NCBI RefSeq assembly: GCF_902652985.1
Contig: NC_047020.1
Span: 43,586,001-43,650,000, forward strand
Origin: Pecten maximus
Lineage: Eukaryota
Length of the DNA: 64,000 nucleotides
Direction of reading: 5' to 3'
In this document: positions 26,701-37,888 of the stretch, in pieces
Position numbering within the stretch: the first letter of the stretch is position 1
Layout of the letters: every line of letters begins with the position of its first letter
Translations under genes and position numbers: made by a program
Notes under the pieces: generated by a model
Databases searched by the model: none
Told to the model about the DNA's origin: nothing
Seen by the model: only the letters and a program-made list of their open reading frames with translations

Positions 26701-29700
26701 GTCTTAATAAGGTGTCTCCAAACTCACAGGGGACAAAGAAAGCCTGTCAAATGAAGCTTAGGAAGAACTTATTTAATCAGACTAGTGGTAGATTTACAGT
26801 CGCCTTTACAGAACTGAAGAATAAGTGAAATAAAACGTCTTCAGACGGACAAACCGGTTAGTCAGTTTTTAGCCCACCATCATCAGATGGTGGGCTATTC
26901 AAATCGCCCTGCGTCCGTGGTCCGTCGTCCGTCCGTCTGTCCGTCCGTAAACAATTCTTGTTATCGCTATTTCTCAGAAAGTACTGAAGGGATCTTTCTC
27001 AAATTCCTTATGTAGGTTCCCCTTGGTGCCTAGTTATGCATATCGCATTTTGAGACCTATCGGAAAACAACATGGCCGACAGACAGCCATCTGGTATTTT
27101 TAGCCCACCATCATCAGATGGTGGGCTGTTCAAATCGCCCTGCGTCCGTCGTCCGTCCGTCCCTCCGTCCGTAAACAATTCTTGTTATCGCTATTTCTCA
27201 GAAAGTGCTGAAGGGATCTTTCTCAAATTTCATATGAAGGTTCCCCTTGGTGCCTAGTTATGCATATTGCGTTTTGAGACCATTCGGAAAACAACATGGC
27301 CGACAGGCAGCCATCTTGGATTTTGACAATTGAAGTTTGTTATCGCTATTTCTCAGAAAGTACTGAAGGGATCTTGCTCAAATTTCATATGTATGTTCCC
27401 CTTGGTGCCTAGTTATGCATATCGCATTTTGAGACCTATCGGAAAACAACATGGCCGACAGGCAGCCATCTTGGATTTTGACAATTGAAGTTTGTTATCG
27501 CTATTTATCAGAAATTGCTGAAGGGATCTTTCTCAAATTTCATATGTAGGTTCCCCTTGGTGCCTAGTTATGCATATCACATTTTGAGACCTATCGGAAT
27601 ACAACATGGCCGACAGGCAGCCATCTTGGATTTTGACAATTGAAGTTTGTTATCGCTATTTCTCAGAAAGTACTGAAGGGATCTTGCTCAAATTTCATAT
27701 GTATGTTCCCCTTGGTGCCTAGTTATGCATATCGCATTTTGAGACCTATCGGAAAACAACATGGCCGACAGGCAGCCATCTTGGATTTTGACAATTGAAG
27801 TTTGTTATCGCTATTTCTCAGAAAGTACTGAAGGGATCTTTCTCAAATTTCATATGTAGGTTCCCCTTGGTCCCTGGTGTTGCATTTTGGGACCAATCCG
27901 AAAACAACATGGCCGACAGACAGCCATTATCGCTAAATCTTAAATTTTATATATAGGTTCCCCTTGTTTGAAAAGTACTAGAGGGCTGTTTCTGAATTTA
28001 CACAGATTAGTAAGACTTAGAGGAAGGGAAAAGTAGAGAAAAGATCAATCTGACATGTAACCTATAAAGATCATTCAATGGTGGGCGCCAAGATCCCTCT
28101 GGGATCTCTTGTTTAATGTAATATTTCAAACATATATCCTGACGGACCTGCAAATGTTAATACAGGCCTTGGAAGTCTTTGTCAAGGCTCGTCTGAAAAC
28201 AATATAAAATCACCAGGTCTGTCTTTATTTCATAAACAAACAACACGAACTGTTTGGAGTGCAAAAAAACGAAAACAGCCCAGTTCTCTGTGTGAAGATT
28301 GTTCCAGGCTCTATCTCTACCCATCAATTATATAAGATGAATTTAAAATTTCTTCTTTGAGAATATGTATTGTCTCAGTCATTAAATATGTTGGCACTCT
28401 GCTCAAATGACATTTTAACTTATTGCTTAAAGCTCTCAGATGAAAGCCAGACATGTAAATTTGAATGAAATATTCCTCATAAATCACCATATTCATCAGC
28501 TTAGTGATTTTCATTGATGGTCATTACATGATCTTGGTAGGTCTAAATTTTGAGGAGCTGGAATTTCCTTAAATTTAATTCATATGAAATTTCCTGTTTC
28601 CAGGGGAGAATTTGTCCAAAAAGCCCACAATCTTACAGATGAAGCAATGGGTGGCTGACAAGGTAAGCCTCATTCTTTATCTCACTTTAATCTTGTAATC
28701 ATCATCATAGAGCAGTTAGCTTGTCAATATCAATACAACATGGAGTTTATAAAAAAAAAAAATTAACATGCCTCTGGCAAGATGTCTTCATGTCAATTGA
28801 ATTTGACCTGAAATTAACCTGAATTTGAATTTCATGTCAATTTAAAGTAAATTTCAGGTCAATATTTTTTTCAGGTCGAATTTACCACCAGATATTTTGC
28901 CTCTATATACATTTAGAATTACTGAGGGGTTAAGAATTGTGCCTTTTGGAGGTTAACTACAGTACCCACAATCAACAGGATATAAAACTAAAGTGATGTT
29001 TCAATTTACTTTGTTCTTAATAAAAATTTAGGTACCATGACAAATTATTTTCAAATTTATATTATTAAACAAATCTGGTCTTAAAAATATGTCCTTGCTG
29101 AAATTTTGTTGCTTCAAAAATGAATATATTCAAAGTTTACTGCACCTGCTGTATCAACAATAACAAGAGTATCATTTATTTACAGAACAGCCTGTTTGAG
29201 AGTATGATTTATTTACAGAACAGCCTGTTTGAGAGTATGCGGGAGGAGTTCGAGAGTAACCAGGTACAATTGATGTCCGAGTCTGACAAGTTCCAGCCGA
29301 CGAACATCCAGACATGTTTGAAGGTGTCGCTGATGGAGGCTGAGGAGGAGGCGGAGAACATAGTAGGAGAATTGATGGATAGTAAGTATTTTTAGACGCC
29401 CGTCATACCTGGTACTCATTTTCTACTCGGATTGACAGTGAGTACTGGAGTATATTAGATACTCATAGTCTGATTAGGTTAATGGGCACTCAAAACGGCC
29501 TTTATCCTTTGTGACGAGTCCTGGAGGGATATTGGAATCTGCACTTTCAGAAATGTGTTTTACTTTAGGGAAGGGAATGTTCCCCACAAATTATACCAAG
29601 AGGGTTAAAATGGCCCAGTACGATTCCTCATAATTCATCTTCCTCGTAAACAAGTTACATTTTAGAAGTGTGTTTATATTTTCGGGGAAGGGGAATATTC

Positions 29701-31311
29701 CCCAGGGAAAATACCAAGAGGGTTAAAATGGCCCAAAAGGTGCCTTTCCCTGATTGGACCTGACAGGGGTGACCTGCCGGACCACGTGGGTTTTCTCGGG
29801 GTACTCCCGTGTCGTCCAACATTAGATCCTTAACTCGCTTCCATCTAGGCCAACTTTTCTGGGTTTGTCTCGCCGTGAACAGCCAGGGTAATTTTGAGGT
29901 TCAGTCTCCTTGTAGTAGTTGGTGACTACCTTACATAACAACATACGGGAGACCCATCACATCCCATCCAGAACAATTAGGATAAAGTGATTTGCCCAAG
30001 GACACAACCACGAAAACACAGACAGGTCCATTTCTCAGCCACCACAGCCAAAAGTGGTAAAATAAAATAAAGTCACATTTAGGAGTATTTTAAACCACAA
30101 AGTAGGTCACTGTGACTGATATATTGAGATCTGATGATAATATTTTTTTGTTAAATGAAGCCATTTATTTGTATGTTTATTTCGCTTACTATTGTCATTG
30201 CTATCTCAAAGACATTGAATTATGATCTTGTTTTCGAATGTTAATGAGAGCATTTTCCTTGTTTTTATTTGCAGAGAAAATCAACATCGATGAGTTTATG
30301 CAGAAGTTTATACAAACAAGGATGGTAAGTGTCACAAATTCTACAAAATTCTAATTTTACGTACGATATATCTTGGTTGTCTCCCTTAAACTAATACATT
30401 TCTATATTATTCACATGACTACTGATGTTATTAATATTGCTGTCCTCCACCGCATCACATGTCAATCTCGGACTTGTCCTGTCTTAGTGTATTAAAAGAT
30501 TTAGTACACTGGTACCGACAACTATCTCAATATAAATTAATATTAAGTTAAAGGTTTAGTACACTAATACCGACAACTATCTCAATATAAATTAATATTG
30601 TGTTAAAGGTTTAGTACACTGGTACCGACAATTATCTCAATATAAATTAATATTGTGTTAGAGGTTTGGTACACTAATACCAACAACTATCTCGAAATAA
30701 ATTAAAGTAACACATAACATCGGAGTATTCTTGATGAGCGAAGATGTGGTTTGATGGAGTGTACAGGTCAATTGGGGAATGCCTTGTTTCTCTTAAATTT
30801 GATTTACTCAGCGTTGTAGCTTTAATCTAGCACGAGTCTTGGCAGTCGCTTTGAATCAATGTACTGTTCTATATATGTTTTTGTAATGTACATTTTGTTT
30901 GTCAATAAACGAAAAAAGAAAAAAAAAAGATTTGTAATCATTACATACGATTAAGATTCACTGGCCTAAATTTTCATCAGTATAAGTGAGAATACACCAA
31001 GGTATGCAATTTCTCTGCTGTCACCTTTAACTTTAGATTATGGACAATAATTAAATTATTGATTTCAACAACTAGGTTGATTACTTTCACAGGATTTTGA
31101 TGACTGAACAAAAATGCATGTAATGATTCTAAATGCTATGTCATGTGTTTCATGTTTTTATGCATGTTGCCCACTTTAATTTGGTGTAATACAATATTTG
31201 CATAGGCAGGGGATCTTGACGACTATGTCCTTGTTCTTTTTGTAGTTGTGTCACACACGGCGTGCCAAAGAGGAGAAGCTACACCAAATCATAATGCAAC
31301 AAGGCTATTGA
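17711..31311 (+). CDS. VPS37A: ESCRT-I subunit VPS37A (UEV-like N-terminus, Pro-rich linker, Mod(r) C-terminus), 363 aa; exons 17711-17814, 19050-19124, 19696-19810, 20229-20317, 20801-20960, 21859-21941, 23634-23761 OR 26187-26314, 28604-28662, 29219(alt 29186)-29381, 30275-30324, 31246-31311
   Basis: The translation MNWFGSK..LQAHRAKQIDSLKK..EYRV..LPPQFPQDPPTVTITPPVVHPWVD..FSMHSSLGHAIQSVVEEFKKNPP..AFPELKKKSLSEL..EAEEEAENIVGELMDKKINIDEFMQKFIQTRMLCHTRRAKEEKL matches VPS37A motifs. Junctions are GT-AG and phase-consistent (1092 nt with one copy of exon 7). Confidence 0.93.
18192..18863 (+). mobile_element. Host solo-LTR-like tRNA-carrying element interrupted by the TRIM
   Basis: Begins TGTTAC and ends TGTTACA, with AATA on both sides. 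Removing the insert joins GCTAGAGAGATCTTCACTTCAGCT to a decayed tRNA-like body with B-box GAGTTCAATCC. Confidence 0.55.
18259..18755 (+). mobile_element. Complete TRIM (non-autonomous mini LTR retrotransposon) with a tRNA-like cassette in each LTR (Ajax-like)
   Basis: LTR1 18259-18464 and LTR2 18636-18754 (TGTGG...TCACA). PBS-like TGGTG at 18469, purine tract 18611-18635, flanking direct repeat CAGCT(T). Each LTR has an A-box (TGGCTCAATGG) and B-box (GGTTTGATTCC) like motif. Confidence 0.8.
22340..22590 (+). mobile_element. Decayed tRNA-derived SINE of Meta/Deu(Nin)-domain type
   Basis: Contains the TCAGTATAATGTGTCCGGGTGGTGTGTC and CTTCAGTGAGGTAGCACTATAAA blocks typical of this SINE superfamily; recognised by pattern only. 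Confidence 0.55.
22684..23365. repeat. 59-bp minisatellite, ~11 copies, in VPS37A intron 6
   Basis: Unit CCATCCTCGATACTCCAGGGGTTACAACCACTTTCATTCTCTACAACCCTGGAATCTGT with internal inverted TCCAGGG/CCCTGGA. Confidence 0.95.
24131..25922. mobile_element. Composite of DNA-transposon remnants: pogo/Tigger-like left end (TA|CAGTGGTCCCC at 24131), TIR element 24553-25922 (CAGTGTTTTTGTT...AACAAAAACACTG), nested TIR element ~25090-25470 (CAGGGATCAA...TTGATCCCTG)
   Basis: Inverted terminal repeats are visible, and the same CAGTGGTCCC end occurs inverted at ~42920-42929. Confidence 0.6.
26187..26314 (+). CDS. VPS37A: Second, nucleotide-identical copy of VPS37A exon 7 (first copy 23634-23761)
   Basis: 128-nt exon with the same acceptor (ttttccag) and donor (GTAGGT), lying inside a ~763-bp segmental duplication 23368-24130 / 25921-26683. 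Confidence 0.85.
26868..28113 (+). mobile_element. Helentron-associated non-autonomous element (HINE/DNAREP1/pearl-like) with internal 156-bp satellite array
   Basis: T-run insertion site, 5' palindrome AGCCCACCATCATCAGATGGTGGGCT, (GTCC)n microsatellite, ~5 tandem 156-bp cores, 3' subTIR TGGTGGGC and terminal hairpin GATCCCTCTGGGATC. The 5' end is duplicated at ~27097 and a truncated relative lies at 34875-35090. Confidence 0.85.
29167..29238 (+). repeat. 33-bp tandem duplication of the VPS37A exon-9 splice acceptor
   Basis: GAGTAT(C/G)ATTTATTTACAG|AACAGCCTGTTTGA occurs twice; AG at 29184-85 and 29217-18. Confidence 0.93.
29860..30035 (-). mobile_element. CORE-type SINE fragment
   Basis: The minus strand has a GTGTCCTTGGGCAAATCACTTTATCCTAATTG core; homologous to 39880-40140 and 50050-50250. 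Confidence 0.65.
30500..30705. repeat. ~55-bp tandem repeat, 3-4 copies
   Basis: TTTAGTACACTGGTACCGACAACTATCTCAATATAAATTAATATT units. Confidence 0.85.
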
Positions 31312-34300
31312 GGATGAAAAATGGATGAAAAATTTAGAGTCCAGAAATATGTAAACATTGTTTCACTGTGCCTCATCATCATGCAAGAAGGCTACCGAGG
31401 ATGAAACGTCTGAACACGTAAACTTGTGTTCATCGCGCCTCATCATCGTGCTGCTGATCATGATTGTGGGAACGGATAATGAATTTCATCATTCACTGGC
31501 CTAAATTTTCATCATGATAAGTGAGAATACGCCAAGCTTTACTGAGGATATGCCATTTCTCTGCTTTCGCCTTTTATTTTAGATTATGGACAATAATTAA
31601 GTTATTGATTATCAATTGATTTGGTATGGAGTATTAATCGACACAGGGAATTCAGTGTTGAATGATGAAGGGGCAGGTCCCCCTTTTAAGAGTAGTAGAT
31701 GAGGAAATCTAGTAGTCACCCAGAATGTCTTGAATCATTGGTAAATTTGATTTTAAGCCACAAGCAAATATCAGAAATAAGGTCATTTTTATAAAACGAT
31801 TATTCTGGTTACTTGGGTTTGCGGGTGCTTGTGGCAGATTTGATAAAAAAAAATCCGTGAAAAATATGACCTTGGTATAAGGTTGTTTTCAAACAATATG
31901 TAATTTCAGAGAGTCCTAATACCTGTGCTATGAGGAAGAGTGATTTAGTAAGTCGAAGACATGATTAAACTTACGACCCTTGTTAGACATTTTTGAATCA
32001 CAATGCTTGCCTGCGGAGTCGTCCAGTCTGTATGCTGTTGAGTGGAAGAGTGCTTTTCTTGGCTAAACGTACCAGTAGAGGAGTTTGAGTGTTTGTTGCT
32101 TCTACGCGTAAGAAGGAGAGTTTGATTAATTACTGGTTTACCGCCTACATGACTCCACCTATTGCTAACTTTCATCTCGTCAAATAGAGTCGGCATTCTA
32201 TCAACATTTTAATTATTTCGTAAGTTTATCCAATTGAGAAAAAGAGTCTGTTTTTACTTCACTTCATTTGCAAGTTGAAAGTTTGTATTTCCATGAATTT
32301 TTTTGATTATCGGAGCTTCATTCTATATATTAAATCTGAAGAAGTATATATGGCTGTGATTGTAGAGACAAGATGTCAGATGAACATTCATAAAGTATCT
32401 TGTAGCTGATTTTAAATGCTGATTTTTGTGATGTGTTCAGTAGCAATTTTCATCAATACAATGTCATATTTTGAGGAATATTTGTAGTCATGGCTTTTTC
32501 TCACTGGTTTGGGACGGGGCTTTTTGTTTCTCATTTTGGGAAGAAAATTGGTGAATAGGGAAAGATTTTGTCATGAGTAAACTGCAAATTTTGGGAATTT
32601 GGTTTAAATATGAACTAATTTCTAACTAATTAACGGCCCTAAAAAGCCCTCAAGAAAACCCCCGGGAGTTCATAGTGTTTGTAATTTTCATTAATCCGAA
32701 TCCGTCACCGAACACTGGGACTATCCTATGTATCTCACATTCCAAACACTGCAAATGTATGATTGTACTAGACAACAATTGTTTAACCAAACTTTTATAT
32801 ACATGTATATATATACTGTCTTGTATCAACTAGTCAGGTTTGTAAATGTTGTTTTTTCCTCCAATAGTTTCAATAATTTTCCGTTTTACCAAAGATTTCA
32901 TTATCAAAAGTAAAAGTATTTTGCTGTGGAAATAATGAAACTAACTGTAATTTTTTCTGTAAATTTTATTTCCAATGTTTATATTTTTAGCTAGGAGTGA
33001 AAAATGAAAACTCTTGAAATTTCCAACATTTATAGTATATTTTCATGTAGACGTTTTCTAGCCACACAATTCGACTTTATTTTCAGGAAAGAAGAACAGA
33101 AGATAAATTAAACATAATTTTTCATCGTTTTTTTTAAGTAACTTCCCTAAGATGTCCCTTTGTTTTATTTTCATCTCGTGTACAAAAAATCAGAACAAAT
33201 GTATCATAATGTTGTACATATACCTGTAGCTGGCTTCCTCTGGCCTAACACTAGAAATCTGTCCGTCAAAATGTCTATTGTGTTGTTGTAGGGGCCAGAG
33301 GAAACTCGGGCTAAGTAAAGTAATACAGGAAGAGAGAGAAGCTCAAAGTGTATTTATTTAACATAAGGAATGGAAACTAGCTAAAGGTTGTATTACACTT
33401 TTTTAACAGATTAGCAGATCATTATCATTTGCTATATAAATGGTACGTTAAAAGTGTAATTAGCATAATTTAGCACAATGCCTATAGCATGAAAAGTGCT
33501 AAAATCAGATAACCACTAAAATATGTATGCTAACAGTAACTTTGCAAGAGATAAAAATCACCACAATCATCACAATTATAAAGGTTACCTCAGTAAATCG
33601 AGTTAGTTTTCAATTTGGACTTATGTTGGGGATCGAAAATGAAATCGTTTAAAAAGATTCAAAAATATTCATTGATATGACAAGAGAATGAATAATTTTA
33701 TTCCAAATATGACCTTGTTAAAAGTCTGGTTAAATTACACATACAAAGTCGGGTTAAATTACACATACTATTCAGATGTTTACCAAACATTACTAGAAGA
33801 TTTCTGGTTTCATGAATGGTAAAGGGGTTTCACAAGCTTTCCAACTTACATATCTCTGTTGTCCCACTGGGCGAGTAGGACAATGTGTGTGAACTTTGTT
33901 ATTATTTATTTTTAAAGGTGTATTGACACACCTGGAGCTAATTGTAATAAGTTGATGGACAGAATTGTCTGAAAATGTATCAATATATTAATTATTGTTA
34001 ATTGTTGGTTTTTCTTTATTTTCATTTCTGCAAATGGTGCTTAATTTCAGAGACGTGTGATGAAATGCAATCAAACCTAATCATTAAATATATGCAAGTC
34101 ATACAGATTTTAAATTATCACCAAACTAATTATGAAATTTCAGTTGATTCCCACCGTTGAATGGTTTTCACCAAATCAGAACCTAAAATTATGCTTTTGA
34201 AAATATTTTCTTTTAGCTCACCTACCGTAATAATGATAAAATACGTACCTGTGATTCATTCTGTAATTCACAGAACTTTATTGCTTTATTAACTGTCAAC

Positions 34301-34764
34301 CTTGCTACTAAATTGATCATTTGTGTTTTTGACATTGCTTCTAATTTATATCACTATTGACTAAACGTGTACATCTTGTTTCATGTTTTACTGCGTACTA
34401 TTTTTTCATGTTGTACAATGTTGGATAAATTATGTTTTTCTATACATTTTTTGTTTTAGTTTTTATTTGTAACCAGAGGTTCAAGTGGCATAATCTCTCA
34501 AAGTCAATGGTTGTCAAATATATATACCCCCAACCACATTTTGTAAGGCAGTGCGTCTTTTGTTGGTGTGTATGCATGTAGTAATCACCTATGCCTCTGT
34601 GACTGTGGGGGGGGGGGGGGGGGGGGGGGTTAATCAATAATCTATATGCCTGCGACCATGCAGTGTGGTTCAGCATAACATCATATCAATCAAAGTTCTA
34701 TTAGATTTCCATGATCATTGGTCGACGTTGCATTTCAAATGCTGTCCTTGACTCAATGGTTAAA

Positions 34765-34872
34765 TGTAGTAAATGTAGAGACTGGGCTGAATGCCAGTTA
34801 GCTCAAATGGTTAAAGCGTCCATCATGCCAGAATTTGGAGGTTCCAGGTTCGAGTCCCGGTGTGGTCATTGC
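34765..34872 (+). mobile_element. tRNA-like cassette (SINE head or tRNA-carrying solo LTR) abutting a HINE fragment
   Basis: A-box TAGCTCAAATGG and B-box GGTTCGAGTCC; no intact acceptor stem. Confidence 0.55.
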
Positions 34873-37800
34873 ATTTTTAGCCAACCATCCTCAGATGGTG
34901 GGCTATTCAAATCGACCTGTGTCCGTGGACCGTCTGTCCCTCTGTAAACGATTCTTGTTATCGCTATTTCTCAGAAAGTTTTGAAGGGATCTTTCTCAAA
35001 TTTCACATGCAAGTTCCCCCTTGGTACCTTACTGTACATAATGCATTTTGGGACCAATCAGAAAAGCAGCCATCTTGGATTTTGAAAATTGCAGGTTGCT
35101 CCTGCTATATCGTGTTGCATAAAGTAACCAAACCAAATGACAATTTTCTGATGAAACCGAATGAAGTTCAAATTTAAGATTGTCCCTAAATTTAAATTTC
35201 ACTTAACACTGGGTTTCAAAATAGTAATTACATCAATACAGATGAAAATCCCTTTCTAATCAAACTTGACACTTTTCAATTCAAGCTGTAGGGATGACCA
35301 CCTTTAATCTCTTCTGAAACATTGAAAAGAAAAGCGGTACATGGATATTATTCAATTACCACTTTTACAAAACTCTACACAGAATTGTTTTAGTAATGAC
35401 ACATTTGATTCAAAAGTAAAAAACAAGAAGTCTCATTTCTCCGGAATAAATTATTTATTAGGATAAAACAATGTAATATATATATATATCAATAAATTTT
35501 AAATAGACAAGTATAACAACAATTAAAAGGCTTCCAATAAAACCAACTACATTATCAAGTTTACTGTTTGGAAACAACCATAATACCAGGAAAGAAAAGC
35601 CATTGTGGGTAATCTATGTAATAAGATTACCATGGGTTACCGACAATACTGGAAAGCCATTCAGGGTATCCCATGTAATAAGACTACCATGGGTTACCGA
35701 CAATACAGGAAAGCAATATTTGTTGTATGATTGCACACAAGAGGAAATCTCAGTGAAACGTTACATCACAACACAATTTTATTTAAATTATTGTAACGGC
35801 TCTTGTGACTGACGAAACCGGTCGGCAAGAAATAAAAGTTTATTCACCTACTTAAGTATTGAAGCTGCTGAATGTTGAGTTCACTCCTTCCTGATGTCTT
35901 CATAAACTTATAAAATTTTGATAATTTGAAATTAACACATTCCAGAAAAAGTAGTAATTGTAAATTGAATATAACCTCTGACCTTCAAGTATGACCTCTA
36001 ACAAAATTAAGATAAAATCTGTGACCTCAACTGTAACAGTGACCTTGAATATTGCTCAGATTTGAATTTTCTGAAATGTTTCATTAGATTATTTGACGTG
36101 TAAATATGTCGCAATCATATAAACATCCCAACAAAACCATGCTGAATCAAACTATGTCATGGATTAACGATATCGGACAACGACAAACACATCCTAAAGA
36201 TTTAAGCAATAATATTCATCTTATATGAGTGACCCCTTGTATATTGATATTAGAATACATTTGTAGTCATATTTACTAAATTTTTAAATCAAGTTATTTT
36301 TTATGCTTTCTTTTATTCTAACCTGGGTCCTGTTCATTTATCTGAATGTAACATTTCAGGAATAAATCTTAAGAGACCTTCAGATATTGACACAGGCTTA
36401 AGATTCGTCTGAGTAACAGACCTTCAGATATATTGTCACAGGTTTTAAGACTTGTCTGAAAGCAACATAAAAACACTTTGATTTGTCCTGAAATGAACAA
36501 CTCTGGTCCAACCGTTTGGACTGTCACAAGTGAAAATGGCCCAAATTCACACATTGACATGAATTCTTCATCAATAATCATGAAATAAATAAGTAAATAT
36601 TTGCCATTATTAGATCACTCAATTTAATCCAGCCCTTGAATGGTATTTAGTCTGCCCATGTTTATTATACTTTAGTTAAATATTAGAAAATGCCATTTTA
36701 TTATCTTGCAACAAGCCGACTGCCTAATTTATGTCGAAGTAGGAGTGTTCACCCACGAGGCCAACTCGATTTGCACTCCTCTCGGAAGAGATAGTTAATA
36801 ATAAACATGTGCATGTATGTGTCATAAATCCTTATTTAGTGAAACTCATCACTCACACACTTAAACATGGTCGCCACCATCTTGGAAGATAAATCTTCCA
36901 GCTTCGAGTCGGAAGAGGTAGAAGATCTTCCAGAAGCAGAAGAGCTACAAATCAAGTGACTGGAAGTTACATTCTAGAAGGAGAGTGCAATCGAGTTGGG
37001 CTCTGGGCTTGCTACAGGATAAATACGTATGAGCAACTGTAAGTTTACCAAACTAGACAAAGATACAAACTTAATATGCAATTTCAAGTACTGAATAAAA
37101 ATGAAAATACCTGAGGAACAAAATAGTTTTGATACCACGGAATTTGGTGAAAAAATACTGTGGTACAAAAACTTGGTAAAATCAGGACCATTACAAACAT
37201 TTTGGCCTTAAATTCAAGCTTAAATTTACCGTAAATCAGGAAATCAATTCAGAAATAAAGACAAGCGTTCACTAAATACTACACCCTGATCATCTTTCAT
37301 CCACTTCTTTATATACACGTATATCATCACACTTATAACTGAAATATCTCTGGACATTACATTTTACATTTTTTTTTTTTTTGGTAATTGAAATTTTTTC
37401 AATTCATTTCCAGTTTAAAAATTGAAATATAGGATGTACATCTAGTATTTCATGTCATGCACTCTCAATCTCTTAAATTCAATGACAATCACAAGATTCT
37501 CCTTGGGCATATAACCAAGTTATTTTAATTATGGCCAATTCTATGTTGAATAATGCATAACAACTTCATCAATTCAACCAGTACTAGGGTTCCATTTATG
37601 CTACTGCCAGGACGCATCCACAGATATATCTGTGACACAGTTAGCATGCATTACGGATACTAGTCATGGCCTCGGAGTTGCATACGTTCATGGTCCTATC
37701 GGGAGAGACTAGAGGCAGGACGGTGAGGTCACACAAAGCTTGGTCGGAAGACTCACAGACCACAGTTTATTCAGTGACGGCATCCCAAAGCCTATCGGGG

Positions 37801-37888
37801 GAGGCTAGATGCAGAGCGGTAAGCTTCCCCGAAGCTTGGTAAGGAGAGACCATTGTATTCAGTACAGGAAAGACGTCCCACAGTCCAG

